DNA of 64,000 bases from NCBI RefSeq assembly GCF_018977255.1, contig NW_024704743.1, forward strand, positions 43,216,001 through 43,280,000, given 5' to 3'. The position numbers were made by a program, and so were the translations under genes. The notes under the pieces are model-generated. The model did no database searches. It was not told where the DNA came from and was given only the letters and a program-made list of their open reading frames with translations. The stretch is from Callorhinchus milii. Its lineage: Eukaryota. This document shows positions 23,251-37,085 of this stretch, in pieces (positions within the stretch are counted from its first letter, which is position 1; each line of letters starts with the position of its first letter).

Positions 23251-24999
23251 ATGTAGCATTATCAGGAAGAATAATTAATCTGTGACCAAAATAGTATTTA
23301 TATTGCTTGTGTGTTTTTTTTTGTACATACCAAATGTTTTATTTGATCTGGATCAATAGCTGCTGTGATCTTTGTTGGACATAATTGGGCCACTTATCGG
23401 AAGATACAAAACTCCATCATCAATTCATAAATATGTCACCATCAATTTATAAAGAATCTTGAACTGCAGCTAAATGTACGACAGTGTCGTTTCTCCAAGT
23501 GCTGAAGATGCCATAATAACATTTACAGTTAATATAGTGACTTATAATGTCAAACCATCTCAAAACACTTCACATGATTTGGAGTGTAGTAACTGTTCTT
23601 ATTATTTGTGAAAACCAGCAATGCCCCCGCAAACAGCAATTTATTTTTTGTGGATTTGGATGAAGGAAGGATAATCAGTACATGGTGGGGGGTGGGGGGG
23701 AGAACTGTTTTCAGGTGCTTTGAGACGTTCTCCTGACATGAGAGGAGCTATTTAAATGTAAAATTGTTGTGTTGCTTAAATTCAAAATAGTACTACTGTA
23801 TCTTTAACGTCTACCTGACGTAACAAGGTCTGGGAGATATTTCTAAAATCTTCATGTTTTTTACTGCAAGTTACAGAGGAGAGGTTGAACCTGAAGAATG
23901 CAGAATGTGAAAATGTAGGCATTGCAGCCAGCTCGTGCATGATCTTTGGAAATCACCTGGATGTAATGATTTATTTTAGATACTCAGGTGTAGAGCTAAG
24001 GAAAAGGGAAAACTTAACAATTTGTCTTTTTTAATTGTACTTCACAGTACAGCAGCAAAACATCATTTTATCAACTCGTCTTTTTGTGTGTTCCCAGAGT
24101 ACAACGGGCATCCAGCCTTAGAATTACTGTTTGACATCAGTTAAATCTCATAATCTGCTTGACAAAAACAAATGTACTCGTACAAAACAAAACCCTTAGG
24201 CTTTACACAACCTTTTTTTTGGCTTGCTAGAGAGGAGGATTTTTAAAAAAAAATTGTTTTTGGAAGCAGATAAGTCTGTTTTCTATTACAAGTTTTTAAA
24301 AAATGTGTACTGTACTATGAAAAATGGTGACTGTGGTTTGTGCTTATGCACTGACTAGAGTGTTCCAGATAATTAGTAGAATTGTACTTATTAAGTGTTG
24401 TCAGATTTAACTGTACAATGGAACACTAATGTGTCCTCTCTTACTCTCCCTCTCCCCAACCCAGTGGCTGATGAAGAACCCCTTCCTCAACAACCGCCCC
24501 CCCACGCCCCCTGCCCAGCTCGGTTCCCAGTCAGTTGTGTGAAGCACATTGAGATGCCATCCTGACATGAAAGGGGCTACAGAAATGTAAATTGTTGTTG
24601 ATATTGAACTCACATATCGACTTGACGCCAATGTCAGATTTTTTTAAAAATGAAAGTGGAAATCTGAAATAAAAACATAAAATGATGCCTAACTATCTGA
24701 AAGAGATACTGAGAAGCCGCTTTTAGGCAAGTAGAACTGGAACGAGCGATATCAACTTCAGCCAATTTTTGTTTTATCTTTTCTTTCCCTCCCTGAGTAC
24801 TCCATAGATGGAAGTAGCTCTCTTGCTTGGACTGTACTGTATTCATTCTCTGGTTCAGTTGGATCAGGATGTCCTTATTAATAGTAATAGAGAAAGAATA
24901 AAACTTGTGTTTTTGTATTGCAATTATCAACAATAACAACTTGCATTTATTTAGAGCCTTCATGTGAGGTAGCATCTCAGAGCGCTTATCACATCAACA

Positions 25000-25372
25000 T
25001 ATCTCAAAGTACTTCGCAGGTAAGGCCTTTTTTTGTAGGCAAACACAGCAACTGTTTGCACCAGTAACTTCCTACAACAGCCACAAAGGGATGTTTATTT
25101 ATCAGCGGGATTGTTGGCCAGCACATGAGGAGATGCTCCCTTCTCATTACGAATGATGGCACGGAATCTTTTAACGTCTGCCTGAAGAACAGGCACCTCG
25201 GTTTAACATTTCATCTTAAGGATAGCACCTTCGGCATTGTTGCATTCTCCATCAGTGTAGCCTGACATTGCAGTGTTAACCTGGTCTGAATTTGATACCT
25301 GATCTGGAGGCCTGAACCCATAGCCCTCTAAGCTAGAGGTGAGAGTACAGCCAATTGAGCCAAGCTGACACT
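25000..25372 (-). mobile_element. DeuSINE-like element
   Basis: gattgttggccag..ttaacgtctgcctga..cctcggtttaacatttcatc..ctgaaccca..aattgagccaagctgacac. Confidence 0.7.
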
Positions 25373-26015
25373 TGGTAGTTATAGTACAGGTGGCATTATT
25401 ACTTACTATTGTACATCCAACACACAAAGGTCACATCACATTGGTGTACAAGCATTGTTACAAGGTTAAAAAAATAAATAAATCAGGTTTCCCCTGTAAG
25501 TATCCAGCATATTTTGACAACCTTGTGAGTACATTCTATGCTCGATTACCTGGCAGTACTGATAGATGTGTATGAGAGCCAGAGTTAATAGATTCTGTCC
25601 TTTTCTGGCACTTAGTTTCCTGAAACAGTTCAACACTAGTGTCAGGGGAGAACTTCTTTTTGGATTAAAGAAAAAATCCAATTGGATAGCTTGTTTTTAG
25701 CTGTGACATTTTCAAGTACTTGTCTCCATCAAATTTATCTATATTCCTTTGTTAACCTGTGCTGAACCCTGTTTACCTTTTAGTATTCTTAAAGAGTTGG
25801 CAACTGATTCAGACATTCAAAAGGATCCACTGAACAAGCTAAAAGTTTTTAAGGTCCTTGCAATTGCAGAATTAATTTGCTCTGTGCCGGGCGAGACATT
25901 AGGCAAGTTTCAGTGGGCTGCTTATCGGAGGGTGTGGGTCACATCCCCTGAAACAAAACATGCCCAACATCTTTCATGGAGTCTTACAGCATAGAAGGAG
26001 GCCATTTGGCTCATT

Positions 26016-26375
26016 GTGGAATCCTGGAGCCCAGTGAGCACTCAGTTAGCACTTGCCTCGCAAGCGAGAGACCTGGTTTCGATTCCTGGCAGGGCGAAAC
26101 GTTGGACAAGTTTCCTTACTCCACACGCCTTTGTTTAAATCGGAACCTGGTTGATAGTTGATTGGTGTATTGATTTTCTGGGGGAAACAATTCCTTAAAC
26201 AAATAAATAAATTGGTCACTCAATCAATGACTGTTTGTGGGACACTGTTGTGTGTAATTGGCTGTCGTATTTCGCCCACAAAGTACAGTCAGTCAACTTT
26301 ACAGTATATCCTGTGAAGTGCTTTGAGATGTCTCAATGAAGTGATAAGGCACTATATCAAATGCAAGTATTATTA
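26016..26375 (+). mobile_element. tRNA-derived SINE, long subfamily
   Basis: Head with loop CTCGCAA, gggcgaaac..caagtttccttactccacacgcct, body and tail. Confidence 0.9.
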
Positions 26376-26684
26376 CAGCCTGCAGCAATTGTACACTGTC
26401 TGTATTTAGTCTAATTACAGGCAGCTCTTCACTGGTAATGTGTTATGCAAATTGAATTCTTAGTGAAATACAATAGTTTTTCTCTGTGATTTTCAGTCAT
26501 GTTCCAAAGTTCCTCATTTTGAGATCAAGTATTCCATACTGAATTTATACCGGTGTCTTTTGTATTGTGGTGAAGAGCGCAGAATAAACATGGTGTACAT
26601 TAGTGCTCTGGAGTGTATTAACACTTCTCCAGTTTAAAGAACAAGTAACCCTAACTATCTTTGTTCAAGCAATACATATCCCGT

Positions 26685-26898
26685 GGTCCCTCCGCCCTTG
26701 TCTCCTTTCAAGACCCATCTCAAGACCCTCCTCTTCGACCGTGCCTTCGATCGCCCTCCTCCCCCCCCCCCCCCCCCCCCACCGCCCTCCATCTCTCCCA
26801 ATCCTGACTCCCAGCTTGGGTACGAAACACTGACTGTCTCATGCCTTGGGACGTCCTCCTGACGTGAAAGGCGCTATACAAATGTAATTTTGTTGTTG
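26685..26898 (+). mobile_element. L2 LINE 3' end
   Basis: ttcaagacccatctcaagaccctcctcttcgaccgtgccttc..ttgggacgtcctcctgacgtgaaaggcgct..(TTG)n. Confidence 0.88.
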
Positions 26899-28119
26899 CA
26901 ATGCCTCTCCGTCTCATTTAGCTATAGCGCTGAGCTGAAGTGCTTTTGTTTGAAAAAAACTGTTTGGGATATTTTCTATCTATCCTGCGTCAGTGTAAGA
27001 TACGGTAACTTTTTTTCAGTTGACACTGACGGAAATTGAGACGAGCCTGAAATTTGGTCAGTCATACTGAAAAATCAGCAGAAAAGAGAACCAAGCAGCA
27101 GATTTGAAGATTGGGGTTTAATGTGTGTGGAATACTAAAACTACCTTTCCCTCATAAGAAGAAGCGGATAATAATCCTTGCATTTTGATACAACCCATTA
27201 TCACATTCAAACATCTTAAAGTGCATTATAAAGTTTTCTGTAAAGTGCAGTGACTGCATTTGTAGGTGACTGCGGCACCCAAATTATATAATAAAGTAAC
27301 ATAATCATAATAATCCTTGCATTATTTATGCACAACAGTGTCCAACAAATGGCTGTGACATGAATGGTCATTTTGTTTTTAACTGGACTAATTATTAGTC
27401 CAGTTAGAACAAGATGTTCAGAGAGACAGAAATCCATCACTGCACTTCCAGTCTGGTCGGTGTGAAGGTGCGATTTTAGGTGTGACCTCGGGTTTTGAAG
27501 GGCGATGCACGTTGCTGGAGCTAGCTGGCTTTCTGCGCGCACGTGAAGGTACGTGACTGGCTACACGAATGGGTGACGTAGCAGTGCGTAAGCGCTGATC
27601 AATTGCCACTCTTGATTGCGCCCCATTATAAAGCGACTGGTATTTTATGCATCCCAACTATTGATTCATAATGGGATCATTCTGTAGCTAGAATTTCACG
27701 TTTGGCATTTTTTCAGGTTGTGTGAATGAACAGATTGATAGCTGTGTTTTTTTTAAGCGCAATAACATTGCCGATGCCTGGATATGATGTACGAAGTGTT
27801 TTATTACGTCTTGAAGCATTTTTGTACAGTGACTTGCCTAGTCAGATGCATCAACAGATCTGTACGAGGAGCATCCCACAAAGTGTAACTAAATAAATGC
27901 TCAAAAATCTGGATGCGGTGGGATGATCTGTATTTTGGAGTGGGAGGTTTATTGTACATTCCCATAAACCCACTGTTACATCTCAAAATAAATGGGTGTC
28001 ATTATTGATTGACGATACAGTGAAAGCTTATATGAATTAAGTGTCAATAGGGAATTGGAACACAGCTTTTGTCCCTCTACTGAAGCTTTCCGGTGGTAAA
28101 TGATCATTTTTTTAAAAAA

Positions 28120-28277
28120 AAATTGGTCATTTCAATCCATGTTTGTGGGACACTGCTGTGCGCAATTGGCTGTCGCGTTTCACCCACAAAATATGCAGTC
28201 AATTCACTTTACAGTATATTCTGTGAAGCGCTTTGAGACATTTCAGTGAAGTGATATTAAATGAAAAGATTATTATT
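28120..28277 (+). mobile_element. SINE 3' half
   Basis: aattggtcatttcaatcca..tgtgggacactgctgtgcgcaattggc..tgtgaagcgctttgagac. Confidence 0.85.
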
Positions 28278-29011
28278 TGATACGCACCGACCCACTGCAT
28301 AGTGCTCGGTTGGTGAATTGCCTGGGGGACTGTCTGAGGTTTGAAGAGCACACCTTCCTTCCATTCCCGAATGAAAGGCGTTAAGTCACAATGTTTCAGC
28401 TCGTAGCTGCCAGAGTTACTTGCCCTTTTCTAAATCTTTAAAATCTGTATTCAACATTTAAAGAAAAATCATTCTGATGCCTTTTTTGACTGAAAACATT
28501 TATGTAGAAATTTGCATTTAATAAAAGGGTTGAAATTTTATTATGTTTGTGGGCAACTATACAGCAAGATCCTCTCATCTAATTATTCCTTACCTCCCCA
28601 CCTCCGGGGGAAAAAAAGAAGAAACTCCTGTTCTTCTCCTCAGTGGGTAGGTGCCATGCTGTGTACTTTGCTGTTTGAGCAATGGAGAATATGCAGTGCA
28701 ATTTTGCAGTATCCATTCTTTCCGTTCTGCGTGATGCCTGCAAAATGGATTTCAGTAAACTCCTGTACAAATGTGATTCAATGGAATTCGAAAAAGCTGA
28801 CAAGAATCTGTCTGAATTTCTCGGGTTTTCTCAATAATGTATTCCACTTGTATGGGTGTATTTCTTTTTAAATAAAGATGTGTGTGTGTGTATATATACA
28901 TAACTTGTTTTTCACAGATTAATAAAGCCAGTATCTTGGAATTCTAAAAATATATGTGTGTGTGCTAGCATTTGTTTATCGATAGAGCAAATTGGATTAG
29001 TAGTTACACTT

Positions 29012-29075
29012 CCAGCGCTTTGGGATGTCCTCCCGAGGTGAAAGGCGCTCTATAAATATAATTTTGTTGTTGTTG
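29012..29075 (+). mobile_element. L2 tail only
   Basis: cagcgctttgggatgtcctcccgaggtgaaaggcgct..(TTG)n. Confidence 0.75.
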
Positions 29076-30559
29076 TACTTTAGTTGCAACAGTGATATAA
29101 ATGTATATAAGGTTGAACTGTGGTGGTCTCTTCAGTAAACTATACAGGATTTAATTGGATTTTCCCCCTCCCTCCCCAATCGTTCTTCCCCTGTATTATG
29201 CTACTTCCTATAATTGGAGGAGGATCGATTTTTTTTTTAATTTCAGCTTTTTGTTTTGCTTGATGTGCATTAACCAGCCATTTCATGTTTTTATTCCCAC
29301 GTGAAAATCTAATCTTTCCAATTCCCAGAGATTGAAGTACAGTACTATGATTCGCTGGAATGTAAAACTACACCAACGTACAACTGCCTGCAGGCATCTG
29401 TTCACAGCCATGTGCTGAGTTGACAACATGCACTGAGATGCAATCCTTCATGTTCTCTAATGTTACTATAAGGCCACAGCTTTCTTTTTATTTTTGCAGT
29501 CTAGCATTTCTAGCCATCGGGGTTAAAATACCAGGAATGTTTGTTTCTGGCATTTATTCTTATGATTATTATAAATAAGGATTTTTTAAAACAAAAATAA
29601 CAAACTACAAGCGGTTTGCAGAAATGTGAAATTGCTAGAAATGCAAAGAGAGAGAGAGAGAAGGGTTGGAGTTTTATGTTGCACTGGTAAAGGGTCGCAC
29701 CTGAGACCTAACCCTAGGTTTCTCTCTCCAGAATTCATGAATCCCATGGGGATAGGAGTCTGCCCACTCAGTATTATGATCAATATGGGTGGCTCCTGAT
29801 GCACAGGGTATTGATTGGCACGGTTTGTGGTTTGAAGAAAGTCCATATCTAGTATTCGTGTACACAAATTTGCTTGCTCTAGATTTATCACTCACTCGGG
29901 CACTGTCCATCTGTCAATGGAAAATAACATATTTGCTCGCTAAGCTTATCGGTAGCCAAAATTTCAGGACTGCTGCCACCAAATATTTAACTAACCCTTC
30001 ATGTGCCTTTTATTATACATATATCCATTTTCAGCTTTAAAATATTTGCATGTGTTCACTGTGTCCAAAAAAAGTCTAAAGCTGAATCTTATTATTATCT
30101 ATTCTTACTCATGTAAAAAATACATGGATTTTTTAATTAAAAAATGTTAGTAATTTTGCAAAAACGCTTAAATTTTCTCCCTTTTTTGCAGCTCATCTTT
30201 TCTTGAAAGTGCTTCAATCTTTACCTGATTAACTTCACATAGACTAACAATCCAGCTTCCTGATCTGTGTGGCTCAAGAGCATCATACTGACACGTTTAT
30301 AACAGTTTGGAGGAGGTTTCTCCCACAAAATATACAGTCATTTTCTGTAAAGAGCTTTGATACGTCTTGGAGAATTCATAAGGTTCTGTATCAAATGCAA
30401 GGATTATTATATTTTTCTTTCAAGCACCATTTGGAGTAAAATTAGCAAAGTCGTAACTAATATACCTTTGTAGCTTACAAGCATTTCTTCTTGGCCATCT
30501 CTTACTCTCCTGAGTCCAAGCTCAGTTGCGAAATGGCAAAGCACTCAAATTAAACTGTA

Positions 30560-30950
30560 CTGTTACGGTCACTGCCTTTAGCAAGAAAGGATAGGAGCCG
30601 ACAGGTCTCGGAGAGAGAAACCACAAAGATATTTGCTCTGGATGAAGGCTAAGAAAACTATTTTCATGGCAGATTGGGAGGGGAAGATTAAATGTTTCCA
30701 AGTTTTGAAAGGGGTAAAAGGTATTGATTGATGTGTGGAGGCAGGCTCTACGAATGTAAAGCAATAGGAGACCCAGAGGACATGCTTGTATGATAAAAAG
30801 CCACAAGCTGCAGTTAACTTAAATCATTTTCTTATTCCTGGAGGAGTTGGTTTGGAACAGATACCACCTGGTGTTGTAAATATTGTCTCGGTTTAATCAT
30901 TCAAAGGGGAAGCTCAATCAATTCTTGGTCCAGCAGAGATATGAGTTGAG
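30560..30950 (+). mobile_element. Very decayed CR1 ORF2 3' region
   Basis: gacccagaggacat.., tggaacagatacca.., tcattcaaagggaagctc; order matches the CR1 3' end. Confidence 0.5.
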
Positions 30951-30972
30951 TATCAAAATAATATGGATCAAA

Positions 30973-31256
30973 ATAATAATAATCCTTGCATTTGATATAG
31001 CGCCTTATCACGCTTGCCAGACGTCTCAAAGCACTTCACAGAATATACTGTAAAGTGATTTGACTCTGGGAGTAACACAGCAGCCAATTGTGTACAGCAG
31101 TGTCCCACAAACAGTCATGGATTGAGTGATTAATTTATTTATTATTTTTTTGAAGGGATTATTACCCCGAAAAAGCAATCTGCCAGTTGGCTAACTACCG
31201 GGTTCCTATTTACTGCTAGGTAAACCGAGACGTGTGGAGTAAGGAAACTTGCCCAA
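30973..31256 (-). mobile_element. SINE, long subfamily, 5'-truncated
   Basis: Tail through ggttcctatttactgctaggtaaac..gtgtggagtaaggaaacttgccc. Confidence 0.9.
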
Positions 31257-32179
31257 CAACGAAGTGAACCCAGGTTTCTTTTTGTAATAATAGCAATGAT
31301 GGTGGGGGTGCCAGTGCAAGTTTAGGTAAAATGAGGGGAAAGGAGACTTGGAAAAACCTACGCTCTCTACAACAAGCGCACGGCAAAGGAACCCAGGCAA
31401 TAGAATTGAAGTTTAAGAAGGGAAGGATCTGTGATTCTAAGAAGCAAAGCAGAACCATTGTGCCATGATAATAATAATCCTTATATGTGGTATAGCAGCT
31501 TTCCCAAGAGAGGAGGTTCAAAGCACTTCACAAGATATACTATAAAGTGTAGAAACAAGCCAAGATTGCACAACATTGTCCCACGAAAAGCCATAGAGTG
31601 AATGACCAATTTTATTGTATGAAATGCTGTCACCCTACCCTGAGTAGACTATGCACCAACCGTTTTTATCAGGTGTGTGTGACTGAAGAGATTATACAGG
31701 CTTTGCAATTATTATTAACTGCTGGTATCAAAGAATATCTTTACTAATTATTTTACATTCAATTTCAAAACAATCCCATCCAACACTAAAATGCTCTCTG
31801 GTTTTCATTCTATTTCAGTTTCTTTGACTGCTTGCAAGCAACAGGCATGATATGCAGAGTAGACAGAGATCCCGACGGACTGATAATGTTACTTATTTTA
31901 AACCCTCATGTCCTTCCCTGAAGAACATGCTGGATGCAGCTCAGGAATGTGCAGTACATGAGGGCCACTGGTTAGAGCTTTGTTGGAATGTGGGGACTGT
32001 GACATCTATGATATTTCCGGTCTCTAACTTAACCAAAATGTTAATCTATTATTGAGCAGAAATGCCGAGGAGTTCAAATCTAGATTTAACTTCTTGACTT
32101 ACTGGCCTTTTTTTCTTTTTCCTTTCCTGTTTTGAATATTCTTGCAACATTGTTTTGTCTGATTTAACTGTCCCATACT

Positions 32180-32229
32180 TGTCCAGCTAGTACCTTCCTA
32201 CTCAGTAGGGCTTTGGCTTGCAGGGTTAA
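32180..32229. mobile_element. piggyBac-like terminal fragment
   Basis: Second copy of 22162-22211, ending GCAGGG|TTAA. Confidence 0.5.
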
Positions 32230-32290
32230 GGACACATCTACACTTCCATATCTCCCTTATCCTGCTACAGACTTGCCTTGCCCATTCCAA

Positions 32291-32633
32291 TGTGGAATCC
32301 TGTAGAATATTGATAAGAGCACATGCTTTTCAAGCGAGGGGACCTGGGTTTGATTCCTGGGTGGGGCGAAATCTTGGGCAAGTTTCCTTCCTCCACATGT
32401 TTTTGTTTACCTAGGAGTAAGTAGGAACCCGATTGTTGATTGAGGTTTGCTTTTCGGGGGTAATAATCCCTAAAAAAAATTGAGCCACTCAAACCATGAC
32501 TGTACGTATGTATGCTGTATGCTGCCGCGTTTCACCCACAAAATACACAATCAATCCACTTTGCAATACATTCTGTGAAGTGCTTTGAGACGTTTCAAGC
32601 GACATGATAAGGCACTAGATGGCAAGGGTTATT
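32291..32633 (+). mobile_element. SINE, long subfamily
   Basis: gtggaatcctgtag head, cttgggcaagtttccttcctccac, tgtttacctaggagtaagtaggaaccc, tail. Confidence 0.88.
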
Positions 32634-33104
32634 GTAAATGTGTGTCAGCCCTTTCAGACGCATCTCAGGTCTGTCTCTACCCCCTCCCCCCACCCACCCT
32701 GGAACATATTTATTAAGATATAACACTCATTTTATTGATCTTAAACTAGTGAAGAGCTGAGCTAACCCACTGGCGTTCCAAGGTTGAACCTTATGGTCCC
32801 AAGTATGTTTTTCTCTGATTAGGACCAGAGAATTCTGCCTTGAAATTTGTAATGAAATGTTTGTAATTGCAATTCTGAAAATCAATTCTTGTTCGGATTT
32901 CTAAAAGAATTTCTTTGTGGAAATCATTTGGTGTCTTTGTGGGATCATAACTAGTGATTGCTTAAATGGACTGATCAAGATTTTATTCCCTTACGGCACA
33001 GCATCAGGACATTTCCTATTAACTTGCTAACCGCCTTTTTGATACGCGACACCTAAGTAACTATTATGGGTGGGTTTGCAGGAACCTGGTCTGATCAGTT
33101 CCTA

Positions 33105-33950
33105 CAACAACTTGCATTTATGTAGCACACTTCAGGTGGGGTAGAGTCCCGGAGAGCTTGACAATGGCGGAGACTGACAACGAGTCAGGGGGAGAGGGAA
33201 GGGGGCGGTAATCTCAAGCACGATGAAAAAGGAAGGTCATAATAATAATAATCCTTGCATTTGATATAGCGCTTTTCACATCTTCTAGACGTCTCAAAGC
33301 GCTTCACAGTATATGCTGTAAACTGAATTGACTGTATATTTGTGGGCAAAATGCGGCAGCCAATTGCGTACAGCAGTGTCTCACAAACAGTCGTGGATTG
33401 AAAATGACCAATTTATTATTGTTTTTTGGAGAGATTATTATTAGGCGTGTGGAGTAAGGAAACTTGCCCAAGGTTTTGCCCTGGAGGGATTTGAAGTGGC
33501 GAGGAAGGGGGCAACGCGGAGGGATTGAGGAAGAGAGTTACAGAGTTTTGGGGAATAGTGGCTGAAAGTATGAACACTGATGGGACCAGTGGGTAAGCAG
33601 ATAGGTAGGTAACATGCGGTGCGGGCACATGGAGTGGACAGATGCAGTACTGACCTCTACTGTTTTTTTTTGGTGGGGATGGGGGAGATTGGGTTCTTTG
33701 GTGGGAGGGCATGAAGTAGAATTCAGATGCTCAGCTTGCTTGTGGGCGATGGAGGGAGTAAGAGGGGACGATTGACCCTGGATGGCACTAACCCGGCACC
33801 ACCAAACAGCTAGCTGGGGTGCCTTCCCTTGGCGAGGCCTCATATAGCTTGCCCATCATCTTGGCTACAGGAGTGTTCTGGTCCAGTGAGGGCTGCGGTG
33901 ACCTGGAGATGCGGAGACCAATTGGTAGAACCTGATTTGGAATCCCCTCA
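33105..33950 (-). mobile_element. Old L2 3' part interrupted by a SINE
   Basis: Tail at 33105-33170; the minus strand at 33484-33570 encodes an FSHYSPK/NSLPQSLR-like L2 C-terminus. Confidence 0.65.
33239..33483 (-). mobile_element. SINE, short subfamily (TAGAA loop), head truncated
   Basis: attattattaggcgtgtggagtaagg junction diagnostic of the short form. Confidence 0.92.
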
Positions 33951-34607
33951 GTCTACACAGAACAAGGATGGAAACGGCCCCAAAGATGTTTCTGCCCCGA
34001 GTGGCTTGAGTTTCATTTTAGGTTGTGGTTTTTGTGAACGTATCCACAGGGGAAGTTGTCACAGGCCCTTTTTATACACTGTTACAAGCAGTTCCCACAT
34101 CGTGCCCTTCTAGCCTTCATCGGATGGAGTAAAGTTTTGTGAAATGTGTGGTTAATCGGTTCAGTGGATTCTGCTTGTTCATAACAAGCTTCATTGTTTC
34201 TAGTTAGCCTTTCACTGTCTGAAAGTGGCATTTCCTACAAACGATTTCCTCGTTTGTTGCTGATTCAGCCACAGTCCCAACATCCTTGGGAAAAAATAAT
34301 GGAAATTAACAATAAAAAACAAATTGAAGTATTAGCTATGAGGTATAGGTTTAGTGTCAGTCTGGCTCAGTTCGTACTGTTCGCATCTCTGAGTCACACA
34401 CAGTGTTTGATCCGTCACCGCAGGTGCACTTACTGACTTCATTGAAGTTCGCATGCACAGTGTTTCTTTCGTTTGAAACAAGCGAGGGATACAACCTGTC
34501 ACCCCATGCACTTACCGGCTGCAGCAGTGAAGCAGTGTATTAAAACCATATGCTGTCACTGGTCTAGCAAAGTAGGAGACTGCAGTGATGAGGAAAGATG
34601 TCTATTA

Positions 34608-34925
34608 TTAATAATAAACCTTGCATTTGATATAGTGCCTTTTCACGTTGTTAAGGCGTCCCAAAATGTTTCACAGAATATATTATAAAGCGTATTTTGT
34701 GGGCGACATACAGCAGCCAATTTCCCACAGCAATGTCCAACAAACAGTTGTGGATTGAGTGACCAGTTTTTTTTTGAGGGATTATTACTCCCGGAAAGTG
34801 ATCTGCCAATTGATTAAAAATCGAGTTCCTACTTATCGCTAGGTAAACAGAGGTATGTGGAGTAAGAAAACTTGCTTAAGGTTTCGCTCTGCCGGGAATC
34901 GAACCCGGGTCCTCTACCTTGTGAG
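34608..34925 (-). mobile_element. SINE, long subfamily
   Basis: Tail to B box gggaatcgaacccgggtcc, including gttcctacttatcgctaggtaaacagagg. Confidence 0.88.
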
Positions 34926-36019
34926 GAGATTTATTAGACCTGACCTTTGTGATTATTGGCACACAAACAATTTGGATAAATTTTGTGGTGCATCACAAGA
35001 CAATCAATTTTCCTATAGGTTTATTCCAATAGCAATTCACACTCCAGTCTCGTGCTTCATCAAGTGATGATCAACTCGTTTAATCAGTGCCCCGAACATT
35101 GAGTTACTGTTGAAATGAGATGTATGCGTCAGAAAGGATTTTCTCTGCCTGTACTGAATTTAAGTCAGTTGTAATAGTGTGTGTGTGTGTGTGATTGTAT
35201 GTGTAGGGAAATGTGCTGCAGTAGTTGTCTGTGTGCCAGGATTTTATAGCAGCAATAATCTCTTTGCCTCTAATGTACTGTACATGCATTGATCATTAAA
35301 CACAGCTGCAAAATACATAGTCACTGCACTCTGTCAGTCTCTCTGTCTCCCTGTGAAGTCTTTTGAGATGTCCTCCTGATGTGAAAGGTGCAAGATCACA
35401 TGTAAAGATTATTGTATCCATACTTAATGCCACTATTTTGGGAAATGGTAGGGCTGGCTTGGTAAAGGGTATTTAACAGCAAGCAGAAATGCTTGCCAAT
35501 AGTTTGTTCCCTTGCCATTTGGATTGAGTGGTTGTGTAAGAATTTCAAAGGGTCAGTGTGCTGCAGAAGCTCGTCGTTCTGGAGAGTTAGCTGTGGCATG
35601 ATGTGAAATAGTCCAACAGGATTGGCTTGCAGTGAAGCGTGCAGAATTGGATCTGTACAGCTATGACTTATTATAACTCGTCTTTTCTGCTGAGAACAGC
35701 ACTTTCTGCTGTGATTCTCCATGCAGCGAGCCATTTAGCTTACAGTTTTATGTTGTGTACAAGTAGGCTCTGAGTTTCAACATCAGGTTAATAGCATTTT
35801 CTTTGTCAGAACTGCTGTGGCTTTTACCTTATACTTCTCTTCATAGCTACCCGTGATTATTTTCAGCTATCCCTTGTGGAATATGCCTTGCATTTTCTTT
35901 TAGTGTTTCGTAGCCACTTCCCACTCCCCTTAAAAGGCAATGCCTTTTACTTGTACAGTTTCCCTTGAGCATAGAAATTAGATGTCTTTCCACACAAAAG
36001 GTTAGTTCGAGTACAGCTT

Positions 36020-36395
36020 CCTACACTGACTAGTCAGGCCTATCTATGTTTTATTTTCTGTATCTATGTTCTATATTGCCTTGGAGGGTGTACAGCAATG
36101 GTTCACTAGGTTATTATCTGATCTAAAGCTGTTTATCTTCTCCTGAACAGTAGAACCAGAGGACCTGGCCTGCGATTGAAGGGCGGTAAATTCAAAACAA
36201 ATCTGCGGAATCACTATTTCAATGAGCGGTAGTAAATGTAAGCAGAAAATGTGGATTTGTTCAAAAGCAAATTAGATAGATTTCTTTTAGGGAATAATAT
36301 CTTGGGTTACAGTATATGGTTTGGGACATGGTTGCTAGTTTGGTGGAAGGCGAACTGGATGGACCTTGGTCTTCTTTCATCTAGCAATTTTTGTG
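36020..36395 (+). mobile_element. Decayed CR1 3' part
   Basis: gccttggagggtgtacagc, agaaccagaggac, ttcaaaagcaaattagataga; tail ggaaggcgaactggatggacc as at 57430-57642. Confidence 0.7.
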
Positions 36396-36414
36396 AAGGG
36401 GCTGGTGATGAGAG

Positions 36415-36987
36415 GCTGGCTAAATAGTGGTTATATTCCTTAGAGGAGGTTAAGGGTGATTTGATTGAGGTATATTAATTAATGATAGGAATTGACAGTT
36501 TAGATAGTGGATGACGCTTCCTTTTGGTAGAGGTTCCATTAGAAGCGGCCATAGGCTTAAGATCACAATTAAGAGAGTCGGAACTGAGATTAGGAAGCAT
36601 TTCAGCCACAGAATATACAGTCAATTCACTTCACAGTATATTCTGTGAAGCGATTTGAGACATCTCAACGATGCTATATCAAATTCTAAGATTATTATTT
36701 CTTCACAAGGTTGTGAAAATGTGGAATTCTGTACCCCAGAAAGATGAATCAATAGGGATGCTTAAAATAGGAAAAATAATAACCCTTGGATTTGATATAG
36801 GGCTTTACCATGTTGTTGAGGCGCCTCAAAGTTGCTTTACGGGATTTACTGTAGTTTAGATAGACGGGTACTTGGGTAGTAAGAGGCTTTCAGGGGCATG
36901 TTGAATGGGCAGGGCATTGAGATTATATATTTGGCAAGATCTTTTCTCAATGGGCTGAATGGTCACCTTCTAATCCTGTGGTTCTTA
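36415..36987 (+). mobile_element. Decayed CR1 3' part with two SINE-tail insertions (~36606-36700 plus, ~36775-36855 minus)
   Basis: gaggaggttaagggtgatttgattgaggt (RRLRGDLIEV), gtggaattct, gggctgaatgg. Confidence 0.7.
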
Positions 36988-37014
36988 CAAATGGCCATTT
37001 CTCCATGTGTCAGC

Positions 37015-37085
37015 GACCCCACTTTCCAGCGATGGTCAATGGGTGGTGATCAGGAGTGGGAACCCTGACCAATTTACTCCCTCCT
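37015..37085 (-). repeat. Fragment of an ancient dispersed SINE-like family
   Basis: Reverse complement resembles 6545-6590. Confidence 0.5.

Noticed and set aside
24658..24687. GGAAATCTGAAATAAAAACATAAAATG resembling a recalled shark Penelope-type repeat
   Set aside because: Only ~30 AT-rich bases; the neighbouring diagnostic motifs are missing
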